The position numbers and the translations under genes are program-made. The notes beneath the pieces were generated by a model. It was given only the letters and a program-made list of their open reading frames with translations, did no database searches and was not told the origin of the DNA. From NCBI GenBank assembly GCA_043228905.1, contig JBHGNT010000015.1, positions 15,810,001 through 15,874,000 on the forward strand: a stretch of DNA of 64,000 bases. The letters run 5' to 3'. Shown here piece after piece: positions 49,001-61,183 of the stretch; position 1 is the stretch's first letter; every line of letters begins with the position of its first letter. The stretch comes from Azolla caroliniana. Its lineage: Eukaryota; Plantae; Polypodiophyta.

Positions 49001-52000
49001 GAGGGCTTCCTTTAACCGAACAAAATTATTGGCCTAGCTCAAGATTCAATGGAATAAAATAAATCAAAATCCTGTTTTCCAGTTTCTAGAGAGATGTCTT
49101 CATTGTTCAGGAATCATCCAAGAACATGACCATCATAATGGGAGATATTATCCTTCATTGAAGCCAATGAAAATAGTACAGAGTTAAGAAATGAAACAAT
49201 ACAGAATGCTCATCCACAAGGCATGTAATAAAAACTTGAGAAAAGTAATATAGAATCAAAGAATCTACAGTCAAAAGAAAGCTTTCAACTTGCTCTTCAT
49301 GAATGGGCCAAAGTGAAGAAACGATATACATGTCATACCAGCAGCAACGAACAATAGAAGACAATTAAATCCACATATAATTCCGGCAGCTGTGATAGAT
49401 ACATAGTATATGATTTCCAATTACTTTCTCTGCAAAGTAACATGATGCACAAAGGCAAACTTACCTCTTGGGAGAAAAAACATAAATTGTATAAAAGGCC
49501 TAACAAAGGTTTTACACACGGCATGTTTAGATAACTGGCATGTGTAAGGGAATTCCAATTACTAATATCATAATAGAGAGTCTGTTATAACCAAAGAATA
49601 CATATACCTAGACATGGATAAACACCAGAACAATGAAAGCATACATGTTTTTAAATGAAACTTGAATAGAAAATTATCAAATCACCATGTGCTGTGTCGA
49701 CAAGACGTTTAAAATCTTCAGGTTTCCCAAATCTACTACTTACAGCAAATATGCCAGTCACCTATAGCAAACGTTTTTCCAAAGATTGAATGAGTCAAGG
49801 ATTTGCTTTTCATGTGTACTTACATATACACGTTACACACACATACATATCGCATTAATATCTCTATGAATAAATAAAGGGAACCTTATAGCCTGCACTT
49901 GTATAATCATTGTGCTCCTGAATACCAAATAATTGGATAACATTATATCCCGCTTTCTTAACATGTGGAAGAACCTGCAGAAAATCAACTTAAAGGTGAG
50001 AAACAGCCCATGAACGATTACAGAATCTGTATACGCATCTGCAAGACTCTATATTTAGTGAGGAAGAAATAATAGGATGCGATGAAACAGGTTTTCTCAC
50101 ATTCTCAGTAAATTCATTGTAAGTCGTGATGTGTGCATTAGATCCACTTATCCCAACATGGCATTCATAGATACGCAATGACCTAGGCCGTGCTGGACTG
50201 GTGTTTTGCCAATGAAAAACTTCACCAGGTGGTGGATCCCAAAATATAGAGCTTGCTTTATCGCCATCTGGGTCTATGATAGAAGATGCAAATCTAGAAC
50301 TATTTAAACTTCCATAGAATGCATAACACAATTTAATAGCATCCGCATATGGAGATTAGTTGCTAGAAAAGCATGCTAGTACATAGAATTATATCGCATG
50401 CTATCTCCATAGAATTGATGATGTGTTTAAGATACCTGGTAGTATGTAAGTGGACCACGCAGAAACTCGCTCAACTGGTCCTCCCTTTGTATGGAAATAG
50501 ATTCTGTATCTACCACCATGTGGAATGCCGGGAATATATTTCTCTTGCCATGCTTTTCTACCTTTGATCAGCTGTTTCCAATATGGTAAGGGGGGCTTCT
50601 TCTCAAAAACCCTTTTCCTCCAGACAGGATCATCTACCAAATTAATATATTCATAATTCTTTCCATCATCTTCAGCGATTACAGGTGGAAGATCAGGATT
50701 CCCATGCAATTCACGAAATTCTTTAACTTTGGCTTTTGCTCTTTCAACAATTTCAGGAATATCATCTACCTCTTTGTTCTCATCCATGTTTATTGCATCT
50801 AGGTCTTCACCAAAAAAGATTTTGGCAAGTTCCTGAGCAAGTTTTTCAGACCGGTCACCCATATATTCATCTTCACCTGGCTCCCAATACTCATCATTGG
50901 ATTTCTTCATAAGTGCCTTGATGTCGGGATTTTGATCGCCTAGATCGATATCATCCACGTAATTGTAATCTTGATGAAATGAATCTTCCTCTTGTCCTTC
51001 TCGAAGCTTATCATCAACAAATATACGCCAGTAACCATAATCATCAAGCTGTATTTCACGATTAGAAAAGTTTTTCCGATGATGCCAATTATTGAAATCA
51101 CCAACAATAGAGCAGAATTCTGCACCTGCATACGGTGCACTAAAAATGTCACCAACAATAAGTAGCATGATTATTCACAAAATCCATATGTTATGGAAGA
51201 CCATGGAATAAAACAAGAGTATCAGCATAGAAGAAATAAATAATAAATAGATGCAAAATCCAAATGAGGTATTATACCAGGAGCCCATTCAATAAGCTCA
51301 ACCCCATGCTGGATATGCCGATGCAGACCCAAAACAGTAGAGCTGCACATTTAAGTTAGAAAATTGTGATGAGCCAAACATTATTAATCCTTCAGGAAAA
51401 ATCCAAATATCATGGATATCAAGTCAATGATTATTCTGCATAGAAACAATAAACGTAATTGGAAGATTGAAGTTCCGAATAATTTCCCATGTCAGGGGTG
51501 AGGTTTGAACAGCAGATGATGTACAAAAAAGTTCCATATAGAACGTGAAATGTCCTTCCCATTTTTTTTCACTGTTCACACAGAAAACTCGAGCCTTTGT
51601 TCTATAAAGCCTTTCAGTTATAACTTCATTTAAAGCCCAGCAGGAAAATTAGCAAGTTCCATAGAATTTTTTATGTTCGACATGTGCAAATCATTTTATA
51701 TGTTGCCAGCATATGGATGGGGTCAATTTACATAGTGATAATGAAAAAGATCGCGAATAAGATTCTTGTATATAAAAAAGAATCGAAAACAATGGCACAC
51801 AGTTACCCCCTATTAAATGGTAGATCTTTCAAATAGATGGGTAATATCTTACAACATTGAATATATAGTCTCACGAATGGATAACCAGGGGAACATACGC
51901 AGATGCAAATTCAAGAAGATCAATATCACGGAGCGCGATGGTCTCTTTAAGCTCTTTCAATGCTTTGTACCTGCATACAGAAAACAATAAGATGTGTCTA

Positions 52001-52806
52001 GAAAACACATATGCTCAACAAATATCATATTCAGAAAACGCATATCATACAATTCAGTTTTCTTACATCTCAAATCAGCAAAAAGAAAGTAGTGACATCT
52101 TCATTCGTTCAGTTATATTCTTGCAGTGGTGCATCTTTGGATGTCTCCATATGTATGTATATGATTAATAGCATGACAGGTTATACAGAAAAACTCTGGA
52201 ATTCCCATAAGATCACCCTAATTTTTTGTTATTTCCCCAAATACCACTGGTCACAGCCTGCCTCTCGAGAACTTATGTGTGCAATTTGAGGAATTATATC
52301 ACCCATTCATTCCCTTTTCTGTCTCTTCCCAAGATTGACCTGGAGCACTTGGAGAAATGATGATGAATCCTAAGGAACTTTTGGGGAAATAAAGAAAATC
52401 TTAGCCATATTTTGAGGTTATGTTTCCTCTTCACTCACACGCCATATTTTTTAAAAGTTCTTATCTAATTCATGGTTTTCCTCATGCTTCTCTACCTCAT
52501 TAATAGACACAAAAATGAGATATGATACTAACAAGAAGTTTTCCTTCATTTGATTTAAACCTTCATTTGATTTAAACCCTCATTAGATGTTTCATCTGTT
52601 TTTCTCTCTTATGTCTACTTCATCTGCTTCATTTCTCTCCCTGTTGTGTATTTCAATTTTGAAGAAACATTCTTCATGCTCTTCGCTACCAAAATATGAA
52701 ACATTCTTTCTCATAACGGTGATCGTGAAGAAAGCAAAAAAGACTCTAAACGTACGACATGGGATGATCATACCATTATTATTTTGCTTGCGAAATTGCA
52801 AAAGAA

Positions 52807-52839
<33 letters not shown>

Positions 52840-53237
52840 AGGCTTCATTTTTACCTGTTCCTTAAGAACTGCGCAAAAGCTTTTGTGGAAAGTTCAGTCT
52901 CTTTACTTGAGGAATTCTTTAGAAGAGGAGAAGAAAAAGAGGAGAGAGATTCATCGAGAATCCCAGTTGGATTCATTCTGATTGTTTCTCTCTTCTTAAC
53001 TTTCTTGGCCTTCTCAGGAGGAGGAGGAGGAGGAGGAGGAGGAGGTGTAGAAGCATCATCAAGAGACCTTATAGCATTCTTCATGATAAGCTTACATTTC
53101 CTCGCATTGCTCTGATTGTGTCGATGGAGGTGGAGGGTGGAGGAGAAGGGGAGCAGGGGAGGAAGAAGAGCATGGGGGAATCTGAGGCCATAGCTCTGTG
53201 GCTGTTTCTGTTGTTGTTGAAGGAAGGGCCTGGCCAT
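40027..53237 (-). CDS. SBE3: 1,4-alpha-glucan branching enzyme, class III (BE1/SBEIII-like), plastid-targeted, about 20 exons; first exon 53237-52855, large exon 51125-50436, last exon 40059-40027
   Basis: Transit-peptide-like N-terminus. Motifs EWAPGA...[67 protein letters not shown]. The GFNFH variant of the GH13 GFRFD motif and the long acidic insertion are typical of class III. Ends [10 protein letters not shown]. Confidence 0.93.
42751..42970. repeat. Long inverted repeat: ~102-nt arms, 13-nt loop, in an SBE intron
   Basis: 42751-42852 is the reverse complement of 42866-42970, with about 9 mismatches and one short indel. Confidence 0.93.
46170..47202 (+). mobile_element. Putative solo LTR (gypsy-like) in an SBE intron
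   Basis: Termini TGTCATG...CACGACA. Flanks acgg / acag suggest a 4-bp TSD with one CpG transition. Short internal tandem repeat at 46920-46995. Strand is relative to the element at 59600. Confidence 0.65.
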
Positions 53238-53327
53238 GGATTGATGGGTATGGAGACACAACAGAGAGGCAGGGGGCTTCACAAACAGACCACAGGAAGA
53301 AGAAGAAGAAGAAGAAGAAGAAGAAGA

Positions 53328-53358
<31 letters not shown>

Positions 53359-53419
53359 TTATCAGCTCCTCATAAAACTAAAACCATGCATAAACCCTGC
53401 TTCTCCACAAGGAATTCGC

Positions 53420-53700
53420 AGCGGTTCGGTTTCAGCTTAACCAGTTTGGCCCCCTGCCCAAACCAAACCGTTTAAGCCTTAACCGGTTTGGGAGTAGTTT
53501 CCGAACTTGAACCGAACCTATTCCTAAGCTGATTAAGCCTTAACCCGTTTGGCCCAAAACAGTTCGGTTTTGTCTTGAGCCATACCAAACCGATGATCTC
53601 AAACTACTTAAAGGAGCTCAAGACTGAACTGAACCTCCAAACCGCCTAACCGTTTAAATGCAGTTTAATGGTCGAGTTCAAGGCTGAGCCAAGATGTTGC
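53420..53700. repeat. AACCG/CGGTT-rich element (MITE or DNA-transposon subterminal-like) in the SBE promoter
   Basis: Clustered aaccg, cggtt and gaacc motifs in both orientations. Confidence 0.4.
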
Positions 53701-53773
53701 TAACTCCTATCTACATCCAAGCTATGCTCTTTATAAATTCTCACTCTCACTTACTCTCTCTCTCTCTCTCTCT

Positions 53774-54903
53774 TTTGGTGAAAACACACAATTACATTAA
53801 AAAATGTGTGTAAAAAACACTACTTACAATAGGTGTGACAATGGAGTATGGTCACCCACTAACTACACTACACTACATGGGTAGTGGAACATGTTAAATT
53901 GCCAATAGGCAAGACGAACACTCCACCGAGAAAAGAATTTCCACTTGCCCCAATAAGGAAATTTGCCACATTAGTACTCCCTTCAACTTTCGTAAATATG
54001 CTTTCACTCCATGTCTACTGTCGAATACAAAAACGTTGCGCATATTCCAATTATGACGCAATCCCCAATATCTCAAAAATTGAAAAACGATCTCCATCTC
54101 TGATTTTGGGTCAACCTGTGTAAATTGTGCAAACACCCACTGTCTAGGTGTCAAAGAACACTGTGATAAGACTATTTGAGAAATGTAACTCCAAATCTGA
54201 CAAGCAATCGGACATTGTATAAATCGATGAGTACTATCTTCCAGTTGAACAATGCAAAAGAAACAATTACCTGTTGTTAATCCACGATGCTTTAGAGCTA
54301 ATCCCAAAGGCAAACCTCCAATCAAAACTCTCCAAATGAAGACCTTTGCTACAAGCGGTAATTTAGAATGCCAACTACGGTGTAAGATATGCCACCACCC
54401 ATGATCAGATTTGTGTAATCTCCATTCTTCTTCATCCTTTGAGGATAACCATCCAAGAGACTCAACTGAGCAATGATACAAAAGATTAGTAGTCACTTGT
54501 AACAATGATGTTTGACCCTTTAAACACCAATCAAGCAATGGTTGTTCTCTTGTTTATAGAGGGTAAGGGACCTTGCATCAATGCAATATTTTATAGTTGT
54601 TGCCAAATAAACCCATAATTAGGCGAAATACGTAATAATTGTTGCGCTTCAGCAAACTCCAAAATTCTTTGAGATGGAGCCTCAACTATATCTCCCACCT
54701 CTTTGACCCCCAAACGAAACAAACGATTAAATTGAGCGCGCAATCTCTCCTTTCCTGGCCAACATAATAACTGAGAAGACACAAGCAACTCTTTTTGCAA
54801 AGAATTGTAACAATGCTCTCTACTAGATGATGGTTTCCATACACATAACAAGAGTGCTTCTTGGCATGAGGTAACCAAGTGTTGAACACATGTAGAGCCC
54901 ATA
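53774..54903 (-). mobile_element. 5'-truncated L1-like LINE (zf-RVT region) with ~25-bp TSD
   Basis: KVFIWRVL...LP...CFFC...EDSTHRFIQCP motif. acttactctctctctctctctctct occurs at both 53749-53773 and 54904-54928. Confidence 0.85.
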
Positions 54904-54932
54904 ACTTACTCTCTCTCTCTCTCTCTCTATTG

Positions 54933-55310
54933 TAATTAGTTTACCCTAATGGTAAAAGTCATTACACTTCGAAACCCAATTTTCTCACCTCTCTATTACT
55001 CTATAAATATCTCTTATTTCTCTAGACGCCATTGTGGAATATAGGGGTTGAACCCATGACCACCTGACCTCCAGTGGGAATCTTACCAACTGAACTCTTA
55101 GTCTTTCTCTTTTATTATAATTAGCTTACCCTAGCGGTAAGTTGTTACACTACAAGCACCTACGTCTTGGGCTCAAAACCCACCATCTCTCTAAGTATTA
55201 TATACTTCATATCTTAATTCACTAGATGCCACTGTGGAATGTAGGGGTTGAACCCATGAACTCCTGGTCTCCATTGGGCAACCTTACCAATTGAACTACA
55301 TCCATCTAGG
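54933..55310 (-). mobile_element. Two head-to-tail tRNA-derived SINE-like units
   Basis: On - strand each unit starts with an A-box (agttcaattggta / agttcagttggta) and B-box (gggttcaacccc), then ccaca..ggc.tctag, and ends ttacc..tagggtaa.ctaatta. Confidence 0.65.
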
Positions 55311-57199
55311 CTCTCTTTCTTTCTTTCTTTCTTTCTAACGAGTATCCATTGCCCCTGTCAATTAGTTGGACACACGTGTTGATTCCATCTCGTGTCGATG
55401 TGCCTTCGATTTATATGTCTCCCAATGTGTTACCTATCAATCTCTCAGATGTTTTACTTGAAATGAAGCGTCTGCTCAAGCCCACAATAAATTCCATGTT
55501 AAACATAATAATAATCTGTCTTTGAGAACAACAAACGAAATCAATGTGCCTAATTTAGTAGAATTGTCTAAGTTAGTAGAGAATTCACGTAACCTATTTA
55601 ATTGGCATTGTAAGCTTATAAAGCAGGCCAAATTTCTACCTTTCGAAAGATGGAGAGTTCTCCAGAGCGAGCGAAGTTGTTATAGGCATAGCCTTATAGA
55701 TTAACTCTATGACTAGTTTTAGTGAAGAGTAGGATGATTGGGAAATTGGTTATACTAAGAACAACGACAAACCTATATATTCGTATGACATGTGGTGGTT
55801 GGGAAGCCATGGGTGTTGAGCCTAGAATCTTTTCTTTCTCAAATTGGATGTTAGATGTAGAACTTATGAATGTTTTCCTCTATACACTTCTTCTTATCCA
55901 CGACCTGCGTTTTTTCTACTTTTTGACGTTTTTAAAAAAAACGCATTTATGCCAATCCATTTGAGTTTCTTCCTTCTTTGATTGTTATGATGTTTGAAGC
56001 CTCGATATTAACCTTTATTCTTGAGTGTCCTAGTGTCCTATGAATTCGCCATAATTTTTTCTTAGGAACGAAATCTAAATTCACATTTATCTCCCGAACC
56101 ATTTATGGTGAGCTTAAAATAAAGAGAAAAGAAAAGAACCCCTTCATCTTATAGTAGGCTATAGAGAAATGAGTATAAATATTAAGAAACATTATCAAAT
56201 TATTGTGTGAGAAAAAACCTTGTTAAGTAGTGTGAAAAAAATCTTTCCCTCCCTGATACACACACACACACACACACACACACATCGACAATCACCGTCA
56301 ACATCTTTCTCCTTATCAACACAAAGAAAGAGATACATACGCTCTTGGAACATAAGTAAGACCACGAGATACATACTTCTTGATAGAAGCAAGTGTATCA
56401 ACATATGGATAAACATTTCAAGCAACTGAACCTTTTGCACAAAAACGTCCAAAGACTTGAGATTCGTTAGAGTTTCCTCCATTTGAATTGCTCTAATCTT
56501 TTGATTTATCAACTTTGATTCCTTTGTGATACACCATCTTCTTCACATTATCTTTTCCTTTATGTATAACTATTTGTTTGGGTGAAGCATTCAAGGGTAT
56601 GAAGTCAAGGCCATTCTTCTTTGGAACCACGATGATTGGTGACTCCCACTATAAATCCTCCACAAGGTAAATAAAACTCATCCGCAACAATGCTTTGAAC
56701 TCCTTTATAAGAACTTCCTTTTGCATAATCCTCAATTGATGATGTTTTCAGAAAATTGGTACACTTTCCCTCCTTCATATTGATGTTGTGCATGATGTCA
56801 TCTATTCCTCTTATTTGTGAATGGTGAAAGATGAATAAGTTTGGAAACTTAGAAATAATAGAAATAAACATTCTCTATTTCTCTTTGGATATCGTTGGAA
56901 ATCATCTTCTCTTTTTCCTCCAAGGTGACAATGCTTTCTTCTTCGATGTACTATAGGTTCTTGCCGAATAGGCAAGTGTATTATCTTGGAAGAAGTTTCT
57001 CAGGTCACGTGTCCCTATTTGCCTACATTTCCATCTTTAGGCACATCCTTAACCTTATTTTTCAATCTTTCTTCATCTGCTTTATAATGGGCATTTTGTT
57101 GTGAGATAGTATGATCTTCACTCACAAAGCATTGCGTACCTTTGAGGTATACCCAACTATTTTCGAGATAGATAGATAGGTAGGTAGATTCTGTAATCG

Positions 57200-57704
57200 T
57201 CTTCGGAGGTCAAATATGACCTATGAGACCAAAAATATTACATTTCACGTGATACGTGTGAAAGTGAGTAGCAAGTCTCGATGTTCAAGAACTTTACCAA
57301 TGGATGTTGCAATCGAGAGTGCACATTGTGGTTGTGAGAGAAATTCGTGCAAAGATTGGGTTTGCTTGGTTGAAGATGTGTGGAAAACATGGTCAAATAT
57401 GATCAAAGGTAGAGCATTGTATCAAAGTGTGATACTCAGACCCTCGAACTTGTTTAGGACAAAGTGTGCATAGTCGACCACTCTCATCACTTGTGCTCCA
57501 ACGCCCCATCTCACATTGCAATGCATGTGAGCTAAGTCTCATGGAAGCAATGGTTCGAATGGCAGATAACAATATGGGCTCTAACATGTATCGATGTGTA
57601 TGGTTTCCCCGTTCTATGAAGAATATGGTTTGTAGTTAGGTGAAACATGTTTGGTATAATGTGTGAAGCGTGAGCCTCCCCATTTCTCCCATGTCATGAT
57701 ACAT

Positions 57705-57705
<1 letters not shown>
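57200..57705 (-). mobile_element. 3' fragment of a non-LTR retrotransposon, same family as 26700-27830
   Basis: IASMRLSSHALQCEMGRW...RLCTLC...EYHTLIQC motif. Abuts (AG)n at 57707. Confidence 0.8.

Positions 57706-57706
<1 letters not shown>

Positions 57707-57768
<62 letters not shown>
57707..57768. repeat. (AG)n microsatellite
   Basis: Directly visible. Confidence 0.97.
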
Positions 57769-57770
<2 letters not shown>

Positions 57771-58854
57771 ACAATGTATACAGAAAGCAAGAAAGTTGTA
57801 TTAACAAGGAGTAAGAAAGACCCAACCACCTATTGCAAGGAGGAGGAGAAGGTGCTTGTGTAGTCACCTTTTCTCAATATTCTCTCACTACAACCACCAC
57901 TTGAAAAAGAGGTGGAGACTTAATTACCTACTAAATATGTGTCATAGAACTTTGACACACTACTTACTATACTAGGAGGTGTGATGTTCACACCCTTGAG
58001 TATACGAAAGTGTGTTCCCACACTGGGGAAGTTGAGTTTGATTCTCAACAAAAAGGAAACAGGTTGGCATGTTAGATGCCTTCGGTCGGACGGAGGAAAA
58101 GATTAGTTCTCTGACAAATTTTCGGCTTATCGGCGAGAGTTTACGTTGTCGTAGTGTATTTCGTACACTACATGAAAAACGTATAAAGTACCCGATTTAA
58201 TAAATATGAAGAAAACAAAGAAAATATGAGAATACATGTTACATGCATAGGGCAAGATTCAAACCTTGTACCTCCATGTTAATAATTTAAAGGCTTACCA
58301 TTATACTAACACATCATAAGTGTTAAAAAGTAGATATCCCACATTCATAGCTTAATTCACACATATTTTCTGGGAAAAAGCTTTAGTTAGAAGAAAAAAA
58401 ACTACACATGCACATCTAGCGTGCATGAAACGCATGAGGTTAGAAAAAGCATGTTAGAGAAAGCATATAGTCTATAGATAAAGAAAAGGCATGGATTGCT
58501 AAGACTCTCTCATCATTATATAAGGATGGGGAGCACAATGTAATAAGGGTGTGAAAACTTTGGAGATTGGATATATTTTTAAAAACACCAATTAATTCAC
58601 GAAATAAACTATACTCCTGGGATTCATGAGGTTTCTATATTCTTCTCTTTCAATCCAAATTCATATTCTTATCTTAATATTGATTAATCTAATACAATAT
58701 ACTTGTGGGATTCATGAGTTTCAATCTCTCTTTCTTATAATCGATTCATATTCATAACTAAACTCGTCTCAAATTCTTCCTCCTCCTAGTCCAAAACCCC
58801 GACGGTTCCCACCCGACTCACGCAACGATCCGGCGCCGAAAGGCACGACAATGT

Positions 58855-59599
58855 GTTGACACACACTACAACATAACGGAGTGGCCGAACGCAAAAATCG
58901 GCACATCCTCGAAGTAGCAAGGGCCATGTTGAACGAGAAGCACATGCCGAAGTCATATTGGGCCGAAGTAGCATGTGCAACCGTCTACCTAACGAACTGA
59001 TGTACAACATCTAGCATGCATGATGTAACCCCTCATGAAAAATATTATGGAAGAAAGTTGAACCTGTTCCACGTCAGGATATTCGTCTCTATTAAATTCG
59101 TGCACATCCCCAACGAAAAGCAGCAAAAGTTAGATCCCAAGTCGGATAAGTGTATCCTCGTAGGATACTCACTAGAGCAAAAGGGGTACAAATGCATCAA
59201 CCCCTCTACTCAGAAGGTTTGCATAAGTCAGGACATATTCTTTACGAATCGACATCTTGGTACGAACTCGAGCCAACTCCACCCAAACCATTTCTTGTTG
59301 ACCTTGACGACACAGAGGACAATGATAAGTTAAGGGCAATACCCGGGGAGAGTCCGATCTCAACCAGATTAAGTGGACCACATGAGCCTCCAAGCGAGCA
59401 AAGCATGTCATAGCCAAGTCCGAAATTGAATAAAGGAAAGGCAAAAGTGCCGGAATATGAAGACGATCAATCCAATGGCAATGAATTGGCTCACTCACTT
59501 GACAATAAGGTTGATGGCTTTGATGTGCCTATTATGAGGACACATGGTGTGTAGAAAGCCATTACCATGGCAAATGAAAAACTCCGATGCTCCACCCGT
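58855..59599 (+). mobile_element. Copia integrase C-terminal fragment, interrupted by the solo LTR and resuming briefly at 61165-61183
   Basis: [31 protein letters not shown]|EKN. Homologous to 63815-64000 and to the full-length element. Confidence 0.88.
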
Positions 59600-61160
59600 T
59601 ATCGTGAAAATCCCTCACTAGGTGCGGATCGTGAGGCAGAACCTCTGGTGTTATGGACGGGAAGGAAATAGGGCTCACATGCACAACACAAGGAAGTCTT
59701 ACACAAACAAGGCACGAGTATTCGAACGTGTTTGTGAAAAGGAGAGGTGCATGGGCAAGCCCGAATCAACCCCTAGTCACAAGGAGAACGAATGCATGTG
59801 AGGAAGGCTTACACACGGACACACAAGGAAAAGGCTTACTTACACACACGAGAGAAAAAGTTTCGAATGCCTTTGTGAAAAGAGAGGTGCATGGGCAAGC
59901 CCGAACGCTCCCTTGTTACAAGACACGTGAACACACAAGCAAGGTTTACACACGGGAGACACAATTTCGAACGCCTTTGTGAAAGGAGAGGTGCATGGGC
60001 AAGCCCGAACGCTCCCTTGCCACAAGTCACATGATCACACAAGCAAGATTTACACTAACACGCAAGACACGAAATTTTGAATGCCTTTGTAAATGGAGAG
60101 GTGCATGGGCAAGCCCGAAACGCTCCCTTGTCACAAGACACACAAATCGATAAGCACACATGACAATAACATATAAGACACGTAAGTTTGAATGCCTTTG
60201 TGAAAGGGGAGGTGCATGGGCAAGACCAAAATGCTCCCTTGTCACAAGACACACAAACAAATAAGCACAAATGATGATAACATATTAGATACGTAAGTTT
60301 GAATGCCTTTGTGAAAGGAGAGGTGCATGGGCAAGCCCGAAACACTCCCTTGTCACAAGACACACAAACAAATAAGCACAAATGACAATAACATATAAGA
60401 CACGTAGGTGAAACCAAACATTAGTTTATTACAATATAATAGATTCTTTTATAAAATAAAAATCAATTTTACAACGGGTTTGATATGAATATGAGAGATA
60501 ATTTATAAAGGAGGGGGGAAGAGAGGTGGAGGAAAGAAGAGTGTGGAATATAGAAGAAGGTGATTCTTTGTTGATGATGCCTCTCGATGTTGTTGATCCT
60601 TCTTCTTTTGCCTTCCAATTGAATAGAGCTTCCGCGTTCCTTCTCCCTCCCCCCCTTCTTCATTAGAATAGGCTCTTATTTATAGGTTTAGGATCGCTTG
60701 CCTTTTTCCTCTAAAAACAAAAGCTTGTCTATATGATTCGACTTTTCTTTTCCTCACTATTTCTGTTTTCTAGCCTCAAATTTCACATGCAAGATATTAT
60801 TGGAAAGCTCTTTGGGTTAGCTTTCTTATGCATCTTTTCGTTTCTAATTTGGACATCTGAAGAGGAAATTATGAGCTTTTTCCTCTACTGTGCTCCTCAT
60901 ATCCACGCGTGCTTTTTTTTTCTCTCCATCATTTTCTCTACTTTTGTCTACTTTTGAAAACCGCCTCTAACTTAATATTCATCATTATTTATTGTAAGGT
61001 TCAATCCTTTGATCTTTTATTTTTTAAGGAATTATGTTTGGCAAATGAAAATGTATTTTTGCTACCAATAAAGTTGACTTCACAATACTAGTTTATTTGA
61101 ACAACTATTTTACTTCTTTTCGAGGGTGGTTTCACACTATGTATTAGAAACATCACGACA
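59600..61160 (-). mobile_element. Solo LTR (1561 bp) with perfect 4-bp TSD CCGT
   Basis: Termini T(A)TCGTGA...TCACGACA. ccgt at 59596-59599 and 61161-61164. The host copia reading frame continues across the insertion. Confidence 0.85.
59720..60408. repeat. Six copies of a ~60-bp palindromic core with variable linkers inside the solo LTR
   Basis: Core gaatgcctttgtgaaaggagaggtgcatgggcaagcccgaa(a)cgctcccttgtcacaag starts near 59721, 59861, 59965, 60076, 60187 and 60298. Confidence 0.93.
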
Positions 61161-61183
61161 CCGTGAGAAGAATCTAGTTAGTC

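Noticed and set aside
55030-55306. Functional tRNA genes
   Set aside because: D-stem and anticodon stem do not pair properly; better explained as SINE heads or pseudogenes.
56300-57130. Possible DNA-transposase relic on the - strand
   Set aside because: Too decayed to identify catalytic motifs by eye.
59720-60408. True CRISPR array or hammerhead ribozyme (retrozyme) repeats
   Set aside because: Eukaryotic LTR context, no cas genes, and the linkers are related to each other. GCCCGAAAC resembles a hammerhead half, but the required CUGANGA is absent (GUGCAUG instead).
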